Shown here: positions 47,157-60,875 of the stretch, one piece after another
How positions within the stretch are numbered: the stretch's first letter is position 1
Layout of the letters: each line of letters opens with the position of its first letter
NCBI GenBank assembly: GCA_965112735.1
Contig: OZ218959.1
Span: 1,116,001-1,180,000 of the forward strand
From: Phaeosaccion multiseriatum
Taxonomy: Eukaryota > Protista > Ochrophyta, other classes
Reading direction: 5' to 3'
Length of the DNA stretch: 64,000 bases
Made by a program: the position numbers and the translations under genes
The notes under the pieces: generated by a model
The model's database searches: none
What the model was told of the DNA's origin: nothing
Seen by the model: only the letters and a program-made list of their open reading frames with translations

Positions 47157-50100
47157 TCATGCCTCCTCTCTCTCGGCTCTCTCCTCCTCCTCCTCCTCCT
47201 CCTCCTCCTCCTCCTCCTCCTCCTTCTCCTGCTCCACCCCTCGCAGTACCATGCGCAACACCTCTCTAAAGGCCGAGTCAAGAAGCAAGTCAAGTCCATC
47301 CGACTCCTCGAGGAGAGGGGCGTTGGCCTCCATCAAGTGCCCCTCTGCGTCGGTAGTCGTAACGAGGCTCACCTAAAGAAGGAAGGAAGGAAGGAAAGAA
47401 GGAACGGAAAGAAGGAAGGAAAGAAGGAAGGAAGGAAGGAAGGAAGGAAGGAAGGAAGGAAGGAAGGAAGGAAGGAAGGAAGGAAGGAAGGAAGGAAAGA
47501 AGGAACGAAGGAAAGAAGGAAGGAAGGAAAAAAAGAACGAACAATGAAACGAAAGAAGGAAAGAAGGAAGGAAGGAAAGGAAAGGAAAAAAGGAAAGAAG
47601 CTAGCAAGCAAGCAAGCCAGCCAGCCAGGAAGGGAGTGAAGGAGGGGGGTAGGGGGGGCTGGGAGGCGGGAGGGAGCACACTCCACTTACGAAGCTGTCG
47701 TCGAGGGCGAAGGCGTCGGTGCTGCTCGCAGCCCAGCCCCGAGGCATTCTTCTCGGAGCCCCCCCGGAGGAGGAGGAGGAGGAGGAGGAGGAGGAGGAGG
47801 GGGACAGCATTCCGGCGACGTCCAGGGCAGAGGGACACGCGGCAGTGCGGGGCAGAGATGAGTACAAGGCGCGCAGGGGGTGATCCGGGGGGGCTGCATC
47901 AGCGGTGTCTTGTTGATCCAAGGGCTTCTCGTCGTCGCCCTCATCCCCCCAGGAGTCTCTGCGTGTGTGTGTACGTGTGCATGTGTGGTGTGTGTGAATG
48001 GGGGGGGGTGGAGTGTATATGAGCGTCGAATGTACAAGTGGGAGGGGGTGCGAAAAGGGGTGTGAGACTCATTGCGAGAGTGCCCAGGACAGAAGGTCAA
48101 AGAAGCAAGGAGGTAGATAGAGGGAGAGGCACAGAGAGAGAGAGAGAGAGAGATGCCTGCCCAGACAGCCCAAACTGTGGAGAGCCTGACTGAGAAGCGA
48201 CCTCTTCTTCCTTCCCTCCTCCCCTATCAACACTAGACTCCTTCTCCTCCCCTCCCCTCCCCTCCCCTGCTCCTTCGCCTCTTCCCACTTACCCCTCACT
48301 CATCACTCTATCGCGCCAGAAGTCGGCAGTGAAGAGCCACGCCCCCGCGCCAATGTGATGCCCTCCTCCTCCTCCTCCTCCTCCTCCTCCTCCTCCTCCT
48401 CCTCCTCCTCCTCCTCCTCCTCCTCCTCCTCCTCCTCCTCCTCCTCCACCACCGCTCCCCTCCCTTCCGTCGCTGCTGGTTGGAGGGGCAAGCTTTCCAC
48501 GGGCAAATCCTTCGGCGTTTGGCAGGCAAATCGCAGGAGGTGCTAGTCTGTTACTGAAACCTCCGATATGTCGCTTTGGAGCCGCCTTCTTCCCACTCTG
48601 CTCCTCCTCCTCTTCCTTCTCCTCCCCCCCCCCCTGCTGTCGCTGCTGCTGCTGCTCCAGCGTCCCCTCCCTTTCTTCTCCACCTGTGTTCGTCACACTG
48701 CTGTCCCCACGATGACTGCTTCCTTCACCGCTCCCTGCGCTTCTCTGTGAAGACCCTTCCCTGTCATTCGACTGCTCAGCGGCGTTTGTCCTCGTGGAAT
48801 CCTCCTCCTCCTCCTCCTCCTCCTCCTTCTCCTTCTCCTTCTCCTCCTCCTCCTGCCAGGGTTCTCTGCTTCCACCATAACTCAGCATGGAAGCGACCTT
48901 GAGCCACACGTAGTAGAGCCAGCTCACTCTTGTATCGGCCTCCAGCAAGAGCATCAAGTGCTGCTCTTCCCCCCTGCGTAGCTCGCCCCGTGGGTGAGCA
49001 TAACGATCCTGCTCGGGAGGAGCAGGGGTCCATGCTTCAGCGGCGAGGGTGGCGTATGTTTGTGGACGAAGCCTCCGGACGACCTTTGGAGGGATATAGA
49101 GAAGATGAGAAGATGGATTTGGAGTGATTGAGACCAGGGAGGGCGGCGCGAGTCAATTCAACCATAAAGAGGAGCGTCGAGGTTATTGAAGGAGCGACCC
49201 CAGATTGATTGATTGACTGACGGATTGACTGACTGACTGGCTGACTGGCTGGCTGGCTGATTGACTGACTGATTGATTGACTGACTGACTCACTGACTGA
49301 CTCACTCACTCACTCATTGACTGACTGACTGTTGACTGACTATGGACCGAGTACTGACTGACTGACTGACTGACTGACTGACTTACTGATTGACTGACTG
49401 ACTGACTGAATATTAACTGACTATGGACCGATTGTTGACTGAGTATTGACTGGCTGAATGACAGACTGACTGGCAGACTTTTGACTGACTTTTGACTGAC
49501 TTTTGACTGACTGACTGACTGACTGACGGACTGACTGACTGACAGACAGACTGACTGACTGACTGACTCACCTGCTTCCTTCCATGCACCCACTCCACCT
49601 CCAGCGCGTGCCAGTGGTCGCTGTCGCGGGCAGCACTGGTGTATCCCCCTGCTGACCTGGCCCTGACACACGGCAGGCAGCGGCAGGAGCAGCGACAGGA
49701 GCAGCGGTAGGAGCAGAGGCAGGGGTAGCAGCAGGGGCAGCAGCAGGGCTTCGTATCAGCATTGATTTAACCAAGCCAGTAGCTTCTCACCGTTGCATTA
49801 TGTCTTCCACTTCACCCCCCCCCCCCCCGCTTCTCCGCTCCTGCCAACCCACCCTCAGCCCACCCCCCTCTCCCCCGCCCTGCCTCTGCCTTCCCTTACT
49901 TGGCAGCCATGACGATCTTAAGGTCCACCTTGTCCCCGAGGTACTCCGCGTCAGTGAGTGAGCGCAGCAGCGAGCGCAGCTGTGCACCAGTGTGCCGCTG
50001 CATCGTCATCGTCATCACAGACACCAGCACAGGTTGGGTAGGAAAGGGGAGGGGAGAGCAGGGTAGGGTTAAAAATACTGTGGGGTTCTGGTGGAAGAAA

Positions 50101-50561
50101 CACCCACCCCCTCCCTCCCTCCCTCCCTCCCTCCCCTCCTCACCCGCTCACTCACTAACTCCCGCCCTCCCTCCCTCCCGGCCTCACTCAATCAATCACC
50201 ATCAACCCCTCCCTCTCTCCCTCCATCCAATCCATCCCTCCCTCCCTCCCTCCCTCTCTTCTTTCCTTCCTCCCTCCCTCCGCCCCTCTCTCCCTCCCTC
50301 CCTCACCCGCGGATCGAAGAGCACGACGACGGTGATTCGAACAACGTCACCTCCCCAGCGCCGCAGGACATCCTCCGGCAGCCATCTGATCCACTGACAC
50401 GCGTCTGCCGCTCTGCTGCTCAGAGCCAAGTAGGGTACATCGCTGGACTTGGCTGCCAGCTCCACGGCCGCTGCTGCTGCGCGGTGATGCTTGGCAGTCA
50501 TCGCGTCGGCAGCATTGCTCTTCTTCCTCTCCTTCTCCCTCTCTTCCCTCTCCTTCTCTGC

Positions 50562-50610
<49 letters not shown>

Positions 50611-51813
50611 CCCCTTTCCGCAGCCTCATCATGTTCCCTTTCCTTCCGTCTTTCCTCCTCCAGGCTCTCCTCCTTCCCTCCGCTCGGACTTACTCTTGTC
50701 GGCTCGCTGCGTTCCTCCTCCTCCTCCTCCCCTGGCACCAGAAGTAGATGGGGGGGTGCAGGGTTGCTAAAGGGCGACGGCAGTCCACCACGCCCCAACC
50801 GTTCGACGCAGTGCTGCCCGTCATCCTGCTGCCGCCACAGCCTCTCCTGAGACGACGCCGAAGACGGCTGCACAGGCCTCCTCCACCCCCAGTCCTCATC
50901 ATCTCTACCCTCCTCCACTCCACCACCAACACCACCACCAATGTTGATGGTATAGTCCGAGGTAATGATCGCAGATGGCGACGTTGCTCGAATGATGGCG
51001 GCAAGGCCGGTGCCCACCACGTCAATCGAGTTGTACAACTCAGAGTGTTGAGAGGGTTGCCAGTCCTTGTTCGACCCCCACATACTGCTGCCCCCCAATC
51101 TATGTCCGATACGGCAGTAGCAGAAGCAGCAGCAGCAGCAGCAGGAGGAGGAGAGATAGTAGGAAAGTAAGTACGAGTGTGTGTGTGTGTGTGTGTGGGA
51201 GGGGGGTAGGGAGGGCGTGGGGGTTACTTCGGTCGAGCATGCAGCGTAGCCCGTGGGTTAAACGAAGGCAAGAGGGAGACAGGGGGGGATGCGATGATGA
51301 CTAGGCAGCGGGGCACACGATCGCTGAGCGACTTGTTGAGGCAACAGACCAAAGATGGGGAGCGAAAGCGACGATATGAAAAGGGCAAATACAACGATCG
51401 ATTTGTCTTCTTCTCTCAGCGCTCTTCTCTCCACGAAGACAGAAGTAAAGCACGCGACGAGAACAGATCAAATCAACCCACCCTTCCCTTCCTTTGTCCT
51501 ACACCCAAGTCAGGTCTGGTCTCTCCCTCCCCCTCCCCCTCTCACCTCCACTCGTGCCCGCGTGTAACGTCGAACACTCCCTCCCTCTGTGCCGTGCACA
51601 AGTCCTCTGCTCTCTGCGCTTCCTCCGGCCGATCGAGTCGGAGCTCCATCAGGACCGTTACAATCTCCAGGCAAATGCTTGTCGCACCCCCCTCACTAGC
51701 ATCAATACCATCACCACCACGGCCGCCGTCATTGGAGGGAGCCCTTCTGGTCTGCCTCCTCCCTTTCTCCTCCTCCTCCTCCTGCTGCTGCTGCTGCTCC
51801 TCCTCCTCCTCCT

Positions 51814-51844
<31 letters not shown>

Positions 51845-52506
51845 TTGTTGTCCTGTAATGACCAGCATGGCGGGGCGGATAGAGTCTTCCCTGGCCAAGC
51901 TCCTCCACACTGGCAGTAACGCCACAGCGTCCAGTGCGCTATGGCATACCACCAACACGGGTGACGCGGGGCGGTATCTGCTTCCAAGGAGAGGAGGAGG
52001 AAGGGATCGACAGAGGAGGGCACAGGCAGAGAAAGGGGAAGAGGGAGGAGAGGAGACGAGAAGATGGGGGAAAGGTGGGACGTGGGGGAGCCTTCAGTCT
52101 ATCGCTCATTGCCTCGGCCGGCCGGACGGACGGTTTGACGACTTGTTTTCCCTCAGTCAGTACATAAAGCGTTTCCAACTCCCCCCAGCAGAGCGCGGGG
52201 TAGCGGGGTAGGGCAAAACAGAGCAGAACAGATCCAGACAGAGTCCAACAGGCAAAGCAAAAGCAAAAGCATGTCCTCGGCACGGCACGCTTTCCGTCCA
52301 GAGGCCCTTTCTTGTCTTCCTCGCCTCGCGTGCCTAACGCACCTGTATCGGAAGAAAGGAGCCGCCCCTCGCTGCACCAGCTGTCTCCAGAGGTCGTTAC
52401 GAACGGTTATCATATCGCCTTTGGTGCTTCCTCCCTGAGAAAATGTATCAGCGGAAGCAGCAGCAACAGCAGCAGCAGCACCACCACCACCACCCGCAGC
52501 ACCAAT

Positions 52507-52560
<54 letters not shown>

Positions 52561-54139
52561 AATATCACTACCTCCACCCGCTGCTCCCCACAGACGCCGT
52601 GATCCATTTTCTCCTCCTGCTCCTCCTCCTCCTCCCCCCCCCCTCCACTTCGGTCTCTCACCTTCACTCCGGCAAGCTGTGTCTCCCACTCCACGTCCGT
52701 GTTTCCCCAGGTCTCACTGGGAACAGCCAAGAGCGAAAAATATCGAACAGCCAAGAACGAAATAATATCGAGCAGCCAAGCAGGAAACAAATCATAATTT
52801 CAGTTTCAGTTGTGGGTTAGTCGTAGTCACCCCCCCGCCCCGCCCCCGTTGAGTCTTCATGCGCTATTTCTATTGGAGTTAGCACAGAAGCTTTCTTCGA
52901 CATCGATCCACTTTGTGTGTATTTATTGGGTAACATCAACTCCCCCCCCCCCCATAAAAAAGGAGCACAACGCCCCAACATCACAGATAGCTAGTGGGAA
53001 GGGCATTTAGATCAGATCCTTCACCCGAGTCTAAGAAATCGAAGCTTCAAGACAAACTGAACCTGAGCACTGAACACTGAGCCACTGAGCCACTGAAACT
53101 CAAACTCAAACTGACCTATCGGTGAGGTCCATGGGCAGCACGTAGGAGGGCAGCCCTTCGTACTTGCGCACCGCGTAGGCAAGCATAAAGTCCTCGCCCG
53201 TGGCGCTCGTCACCCACTTCTCAAGGAACATAGAGGGTATCCAAGCCGTCTGCAAGGGGGGTTGAGGTTGGGGTGAGGGTGGGGTGGGGTGGGTGTGGGG
53301 ATAGAAGAAAGGGCGGGAAGAGGAAGAGAGGGAGAGGGGGAGGGATGAGGGTCCTTGTTCGTCTTCAGAGGAGGATAGAGGTGCTTTCTCGCAGAGAGGG
53401 TCCCACAGGGGACGGCGAGCATCCATCGAGCTGCCCTCTGGAAAGCCACAGAACAAGTGCAAGACAGCGGATCACCAACGTGCTCACCTCCAGGAACCAC
53501 TGACTGCACAGCACGTCCACCTCCTGCAGCTTAACCACGGGGAGGTTGTAGCGCTTGTCCGGCAGGTATAGCCCGCCCTGCTTGCTCTTGTCGCGGTAGG
53601 AGAAGAACGTTCCCGTGTCCTCGTTCACGCCCGGCATCACCCAGCCGATGGATCCTGGAGGGAGTGGGGGGGAGGGAGGGACGGAGGGAGGAAGGGCGGA
53701 AGGGAGGAAGGGAGGAAGGGAGGAGCAGTAAATGCTTAGGTGGGAAAGAGGAAGGCGGGCATCAGTACCCCTCCTATGCCCCGGAGCTTCGGGTGCCATG
53801 CACCGATCCTTGTCCTTCGCCTTCCACCTCACCTTCCTCACCCACCTAACTTGCTCTCCTACCTACTCACCCACCTACCCACTCACGTACCTAACACGCC
53901 CCGCACGACACCCGTCTGGGCGATGTGGTTGAGCTGCTCCAGAAACAGCGCTCCAGGAAGTACGTCATCGTCCACCAGCCATACGTACTTGGTGCGTGCG
54001 AGGGCGGCGATCTGAAACCGTCCGTAGAACTTGAAGTTGAAGTCGCTGCGCATGATGCGCAAAGGCACTCCCCAAGCAGAGAAGTCATCTTGGAAGTCCT
54101 GTGTGAGGGAGGGGGTGTTGTTGCTGTTGTTGCTGCTGC

Positions 54140-54195
<56 letters not shown>

Positions 54196-55802
54196 CCACA
54201 AATAGGCCTTGCCGCCACAGTAATACCTACCTTCCCTTCCCACCCATACCCACCCACCACCCTCCCTCCGTCTCTCCCTCACCCACCCACATACCTGAAC
54301 GATATAGTCGAAGTTGTCCTCGTAGGGGCTGTCAAAGACGCAGACCCACACTCCGCCCCGGGGTCTTACGGAGAAGGTTAGGATCTGGACCAGCTGCTGC
54401 TCGAGGGTGGAGCGGCTCCAATGGTTCAGAATGATGGTCGTGTCGGAAGAGCCTTTCTCCCTGTCGATGGTGGTTCTTCGTCGTTTCCCTGTTGCTCCCG
54501 CCGTGGCACTCGAATACGTCCCCTCTTCCCGTTGCTGCTGCTGTTGCTCCACCCCCTCCTCCTCTTCCTTCTCCTCCACCCCCCCCTCCTCCTCCTCCTC
54601 CTCCTTCTCCCCCACGGGGCGGTACGTGCTGGGTAGGTCCATAAGCTGCGGGAGAGTGTGCTGATGGAGGCCCTGTCGGGCGGCCTCTGCCATCACCTCA
54701 ATGTACAGCTCGCGCTTCTCCGCCGCCTTCCTTGCCTCCGCCGCGCCCCCCCCTGCCAGACCCATCCACGAGTTGTACTGCTTGGGATCAACGAACACCC
54801 TCGCCTTGGGGTCGAGGTGGAACTTAGACATTATCTCGTCTGCGGTCATGCGGCCCAAGTCAATCGCCTCTTGGACTGCTGGCTGCTCGTCAGAGGTGAT
54901 TTTGCCTCGTTTCTCCACAAGAGGCTCACCGCCAGCGTCGCCCTGCTTGCCAACATCCTTGGGGTGCTGCTGCTGCTTTTGCGGTTGCTGTTGCTGCTGT
55001 TGCCACCAAAGTTCTGGAGAGAGTGACAGGGCCAGGTGCTGAATGTGACGCAAGTTGTTCCGCTCCTGTACGAAGAACGATGTCACGATGGGAAGGAGGA
55101 GGGAAATGAGAAGGAGAAAACGGCAGTGTGACAACAACAGAAGGGCAGTAATGATGTCATGGCGGTGGAGGGTTAGGGGCAGAAGAGGCGGCAAGCAAGG
55201 GGCGATGACTGACTGAGCGCAGGCGGAGAAAGCTGTTTGTGCTCATCCACCTTCGTGCCTTCCTCCTCAGAGGCCGGAAGGCAGGCGAGGGGAGAGACAG
55301 GTTCCGTCGTCAGAAAGCGCCCACTCACAGACAAACACAGACCCATGACACGCACTTACGCACTCGCCCACAAACACTTACCCGGTCCTTGTGAACCTTG
55401 TTGAGAGCGCTCAGTCCCAACGCGAAGTTCAAAACCCCAACAGCCACAGCGATGCCTAGCGCCAAGAGAAGGGCATTCCGCAGTCGTCGCTGGCGCCGCC
55501 GAGGCCCCAACGATCCCCCTGCTCCTGCTCCCCCAATTCCTCCTGCCAAAGGAGTAACGTTAGGAAAGAGAAGGGGGGGAGGGTGGGGGAGGAAGGAGGG
55601 TGGATGGGTGGCATATCCACAACTTCGGGAGTGTTTTGCTCCCCTCCTCTTCTTCCCCCTTCTCCTCCTGCTCCTCACACAGCAAGCCAAGAACCATAAT
55701 TGCTGATGCACACCCACCTCGACTGGCATTGCTATCGGCCCCGGGCGATGGTCGTTCCCATCTGTCAAGGCTGCCGCTTCTGGCCCCCAAAAGCGTTGCC
55801 AT
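47157..55802 (-). CDS. Type II membrane glycosyltransferase with two GT-A-like domains (resembles the plant GT2-like protein AT5G60700 family); many exons, boundaries only partly resolved
   Basis: TM anchor near 55410-55480. Collinear motifs recalled from that family: ILNHWSRSTL..QL, FNFKFYGRFQIA, LVDDDVLPG, VLGSIG, GGLYLPD, VDVLCSQWFL, ATGEDFMLAY, ETWG, VRNDLW, LRSLLRSLTDAEYLGD, EWVHGRK, LLLEADTRVSWLYYVWLK, GAWLF..FWRD. Last exon 47372..47157. The family assignment is from memory, not a search. Confidence 0.8.
49204..49568. repeat. Degenerate (TGAC)n intronic microsatellite
   Basis: Visible tetranucleotide array inside a glycosyltransferase intron. Confidence 0.9.
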
Positions 55803-56014
55803 GACCCAGATCGGCCTCAGCTCCTTTGATTAGCACCACGGCAGCACAGGCAAGGGCCGAGTGAAGAGACAGCATCGGCCATCAAGGATTGATTATCATG
55901 GTTGGAATGAAGGATAAAGTTCATGTGTTGGTGCTCCAAGGATATCCTCCAAGAGTCACAGGAGCGACGCGAGCGTTACATTTTCTTTTTTAATTTTTAC
56001 ACTTCCCTTTTTGC

Positions 56015-57602
56015 ATGCCATCCGAGGTAGAGCAGCCGCAGCAGGAGCAGCAGCAGCCTTCCCCGGCAGCAAATGTTTCCACGTTCACTCGAACGGGCGG
56101 AAGCGAGAGCCGTACTGGTGCTCAGATGAAGAGGAGACATACCGCTGTGGTGAGTAGTGTCGCTCTAAAAAAAAAAAAAAGGGGAGAAGATCTTGACGAG
56201 TTCTCCCCCCCCCCTCACCTCCTTTCCTGCCCGGCTCTACTACTCTTCTGCCCCCTCGAGCAGAGCGTCTTTTCGACCACGCGCCCAGCCCCGTGCACAC
56301 TCGAGCACGCCGTACTTTACTTCAAATCGCACCCACTATTCCGCCGCTGCTCTTCTCGTATTCTCACGGACCTGGCCTTCCACTTCAAGGTAAGAAGAAA
56401 AACTTTGCGGGGGAAAGAAAGAAGGGCTTGTCCACTCTCCTCTTGTGTTGAGAGTGCTTGTTCGCCACCCGCCTTCCCTGCCAGATGCTGACCAACCGTC
56501 GGCCTGTGTACCTATTGGGCCTCCTCTCTCCAACGCATGCGTGCCCCCTGTGAACCCCCTCTCCTTCCCCCTCCTCCTCTTGCCTCCCATCACCACAATG
56601 AAAATGCCTCATGCCTCTGTGGAGGCAGTGCTATAGCTTCCCTGGTCACTCCGTTATCTGCACCCAAGGCGAGAAGATTCACCACCTGCTCTTCGTCAAG
56701 ACGGGCCATTGCCGCATGCTGAAGAGACTAGCGCCCAGCAGCAGCCCACACCCTGCTGGCAGTGGGGAGCCGCCATCACCCGTCGTTGTCGAGTTGCACA
56801 CTCTCGAATACAACGACTTCGTCGGGGAGGAGCAGGTGTGTGTATGTGTGCGTACGTGCGTGAAGGTGTGCCTGCGTGCGTGCGCCCGTGTCTCTGTGTG
56901 TACGCAAGAAAGCCTGAAAAAGTAACCCGGGAATGGGGCTCTTACCGATCGACGCTGTGCAAACGGAGGGGAAGAGCGAGCAGGAAGGAAAGCTGACTTA
57001 TTGTGAACAAACACGCTCTGCCAAGTGCTCTATTTGGCCCATTTGTTCATGCACATGATGGAATCTCACGCCCAAGCGTCGATGAGGTGAAGCAAGCAGG
57101 CCTGCCTCCTGTACGAGTGAACCAATGCTCTTCCCGATGATGCTCTGGGCACCCTCCAGCCAGGTCCTACTTGTTCTCTACAAAAAAGTATGTCTTTGCC
57201 TATGTTAACCTCTGTACATCACCCCCCTCCTTCTTCCCTCTCGCCCACCTTGCCGGGCTGAAACGAAATGAAACGCCCTCCTCATAGATGGTGCTGGACC
57301 ACCACACCGTCGCGCACCAGCGCCACAAGGTGTCCGTCCAAACCGGCAAATGGGGCTGCGAAGTGTACGCCGCCCCAATCATGGACCTCCACGCCATCAT
57401 CAACTTCTCCACTCTGCCGAGGGTGTGTGCCACTCTCAAAGCCGTTGCTGACATGAGGCACGACGCGTGGAGCAATGACGCCAGGCTCCTTGCGCAGATC
57501 GCTCGGGAGGAGACGTGGGGGGCTATCAAGAGGGAGATTGTGCTGGAGGAGGTGGATGTGGGTAAGGTGGAGGCCGTGGTCAGGGCTCATGAGGCTGGGT
57601 AG
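56015..57602 (+). CDS. Small cyclic-nucleotide-binding-domain (CAP/CNBD-like) protein; about join(56015..56149, 56264..56389, 56629..56835, 57288..57602)
   Basis: FKSHPLFRRCS..IL.DLA, FPGHSVICTQGEKIHHLLFVKTGHCRM and LEYNDFVGE match the cNMP-binding barrel pattern. Junctions are phase-0 GT-AG. Confidence 0.7.
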
Positions 57603-57759
57603 GAGGGTAGCGTAGGCACTATTCATTGGGGAGCTGATGATCATCGCAGCGCTGGACGCTTGCCCTCGGACGACAGAGGGAAAGAGAGCACGAGAGAGAG
57701 AGAGGGGGGGGGGGGGAGAGAGGGAGAGAGAGGGAGAGAGAGAGAGTGAGGAAGGGGTG

Positions 57760-58600
57760 CAAGAAAGGTCTCATGCCGACGTGCATGGGCACGTACGCCT
57801 TCACCTTGTTCTCCTACTACGGCTTGGCCGAGCACGAGATCGAAGTCGGGGTGAAGAACTGGCACAGTACAACCCCAGTTTTAAGAAATCCAGATGCCCC
57901 GCAGAGGAGGGCGCACGTGCCTCAGCGAGGGCTCCCTCGAGATGATCATGGAAGGGGAGACTTATCACCAAGCCCGGGAGTATCAGCTTGACAAGCTTGA
58001 CACCGGCGGCTCGGTCGGGCCTTCAACAACGTCGGGTCCTGTTAGACCAAGCATGACGTGACTCCTATGATATACAATTGTACCGCCCGACGGACGAGGA
58101 AAAGGGGTTCTGCTCGCAAGTGCAGGCAGTGTCGTCACCTCGAAGAGCGAGGCTCGACATCATCCTTCACCACCAGCAGCCTCGATGCTCTCCACACGTT
58201 GGATGCTCTGGCTGGACATGTTGGAAGCTCGTCTCTCGTCTCCACACGATGGAGCATCGCGAAGGGTGCTCGGTATGGGTTGCCGAGAAGCGTGTTGAGC
58301 GTGGCCTGTTCAACTCCCCCGGCGGCTGGGCCTCCGTCTACATCACCACGCCCTCCTACGCCTTCCGACTACCGCCAGGAGGTCGACCACTGCCACGCCC
58401 ACGTCGTGGGCGCCACCATGGAGTTCTCCCCCATCGACGAGGGCGTGAACAAGTGGAGCGGGGTGCTCCGAAAGACACAAAGTGAGCACAGAGCCGGAAT
58501 GAAGCTCGGCAGCGAACACAGAGCCGGAGTGAAGCTCGGCAGCGACGGCAAGCCCGTGAAGGGGTGGGACGCAACCCTGAGATGTGTAGCTGCGCGACGA
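57760..58600 (+). pseudogene. Frameshifted coding remnant of unknown family
   Basis: Coding-like composition and protein-like fragments in three overlapping frames (YAFTLFSYYGLAEHEIEVGVKNW; GLFNSPGGWASVYITTPSY; DYRQEVDHCHAHVVGATMEFSP). A 30-bp tandem duplication lies at about 58485-58545. Confidence 0.35.
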
Positions 58601-59371
58601 GGATTACTTCGTGGACAGGCCCTGGCGGGCTGCCTTCCGTCCTCCCTTCCTTCATTCCCCGCGCACCTACCTATCGTCTAGCAGGGCGGTACGTGGATTG
58701 TTAAAGGGCGGATGGCGCTGAGGCGTGGGGACACAAAAAGGAAAAAGTTGAGCAGTGCAGAGGTGCGGTGCTGAGGTTTATGGGTGGTGCACTGATTTGA
58801 GGGGGAGAGGAGCAGACGTCACGCTCTCGTCTGTCCTGCCTTGCACTGCCCTGCCCTTGGAAGGCTGGCCGGGTGCTCGCGTTAGATTCAGCGAGTGTCG
58901 GGTATGTCAGCAAAAGGAGGATTAATTAGCGTAAGTTACTATTTGGGGAAGACTGACGGCCCTAGTAAGAGGACAGCAGCAGGGGGGCAGGAGGAGGAGG
59001 ACGAGAGAGGAGGCAGGACCCCACTCATTCACTCACTCACTCAATCACTCACTCACTCGCACTTGAGCCTTGCCCTCATCCGGACCATGCTCCCTTCCAT
59101 GCCCCACCGCCAGCGGGCAAACGACACCCGCGTACCCCTTGCTGCCACAGCACGGGCTCGCCAATTAAATATGAATACCTGAATACCACACCTTCTACAG
59201 GCCTCTTCCCTCGCCCCTCATGGCCCTCCGTTACTGTGCTATATAGCACTAAGGTATCATCCACAGGTTGTCCTCTTGAGTACATGATTGAGTCATCCAT
59301 CCATCCATTGCTGCAGCAGGCAGCAGTCCTCGACAGTCCAACAACAAACAAACGTCCAACACAGAAGCCCC

Positions 59372-59765
59372 CTACAAGCGCAGCGCCGCCCCACTCTTCC
59401 GCTTGTCCTTGATCTCCCCCTGCCCCTTTTTGAGGCCGCTGACCCCCTCCTGCACGCTCTTCTGTAACGCCGAGAAGAACTTGGCTGAGGTGGCGTACTC
59501 CTTGCCACCTCTCTTGCCCTTGCCGCCCCCCCCTGCCCCTTCGTCCATGCCCACGTCAGCACCGGAGATGACGTTCTTTGCGCCCCGAATGTCGTTGAGC
59601 ATCTTGTCCTTCTCGTACCTACGAGTAGAAGTAGTAGTAGTAGAAGAGGAGGAGGAGGAGGAGGAGTAGAAGTAGTAGTAGTAGAAGAGGAGGAGGAGGA
59701 GGAGTAGAAGGTAGTAGTAGGAGTAGTAGTAGTAGGAGGAGGAGGAGGAGGAGTAGAAGTAGTAA

Positions 59766-59798
<33 letters not shown>

Positions 59799-59954
59799 GG
59801 GGAGGAGGAGGACAAGGAGGATGAGAAGCAAGTAACGATAGTAGTAGCAGCAGCAGCAGTAGTAGTAGCAGTAGTAGTAGGAGGAGGAGGAGGACAAGAA
59901 GGATGAGAAGCAAGTAGCAGTAGTAGCAGCAGCAGCAGTAGTAGTAGTAGTAGC

Positions 59955-60001
<47 letters not shown>

Positions 60002-60746
60002 CAGTAGAAGTAGTAGTAGGAGCAGTAGTGGTAGCAGCAGCAGAAGCACCAAGGGCGAGGGAGGTGTCGGGAGAGAGCGGAGTGTGGGACACACACGACA
60101 CCATGCAGCAGTGGCAGCGACAAACGACCACAGCCCCAAACAAACAACGACAAAGCAAAAGCAAGAGCAAACCCAACAACCATGTACTGCTTGTACTGCC
60201 CCCCCCCCCACCCGAACTCTGCTTACTTGTTGCCCAAGCCTGGGTTGATCTTGGATACGAGCTTCTCCTCGGCCTCCGCCCGCCTCCTCTTCTTGCGTCG
60301 GGCCGCCTTGCTCCCTCCCCGTGCTCGCTTCCTCTCCTCCTTGCTTGCCTCCGTGGTCCCCTCAAGCATCTCCCCTTCCCTGCCCCTCTTCTTGGCATAC
60401 ACCTCCTCTGGGGCCAGGGCGTCGCCATCTGCAATAGACATGGGCAGCGCTTCCTCCATGGCGATGGCGGGTACGTCTGCTTGGACTCGGATTTCCGATA
60501 TGGCAGGTTTGGGTGTGAAGTGGAAGTTGCTGAGGGAGTCGAGCTTGTGCGACAGCTTGGCGAAGAGCGCCTTCATCTCCTGTGGAGGGGAGGGAGGAGG
60601 GGGGGCGGGGTGACAAGTTGGAGGGGTGGGGGGGAGGGAAGAGAGGCTTACGCTGAAGGGCGATGGACGACAAAGCCACGCAGGCGGAGGGTCCCGACAC
60701 CGACACGGACACCGACACGGACACAGGTACCAGCACCAATGACAAC

Positions 60747-60790
<44 letters not shown>

Positions 60791-60822
60791 CCACCACCAC
60801 CAATAACAACAACCACAACAAC

Positions 60823-60875
<53 letters not shown>

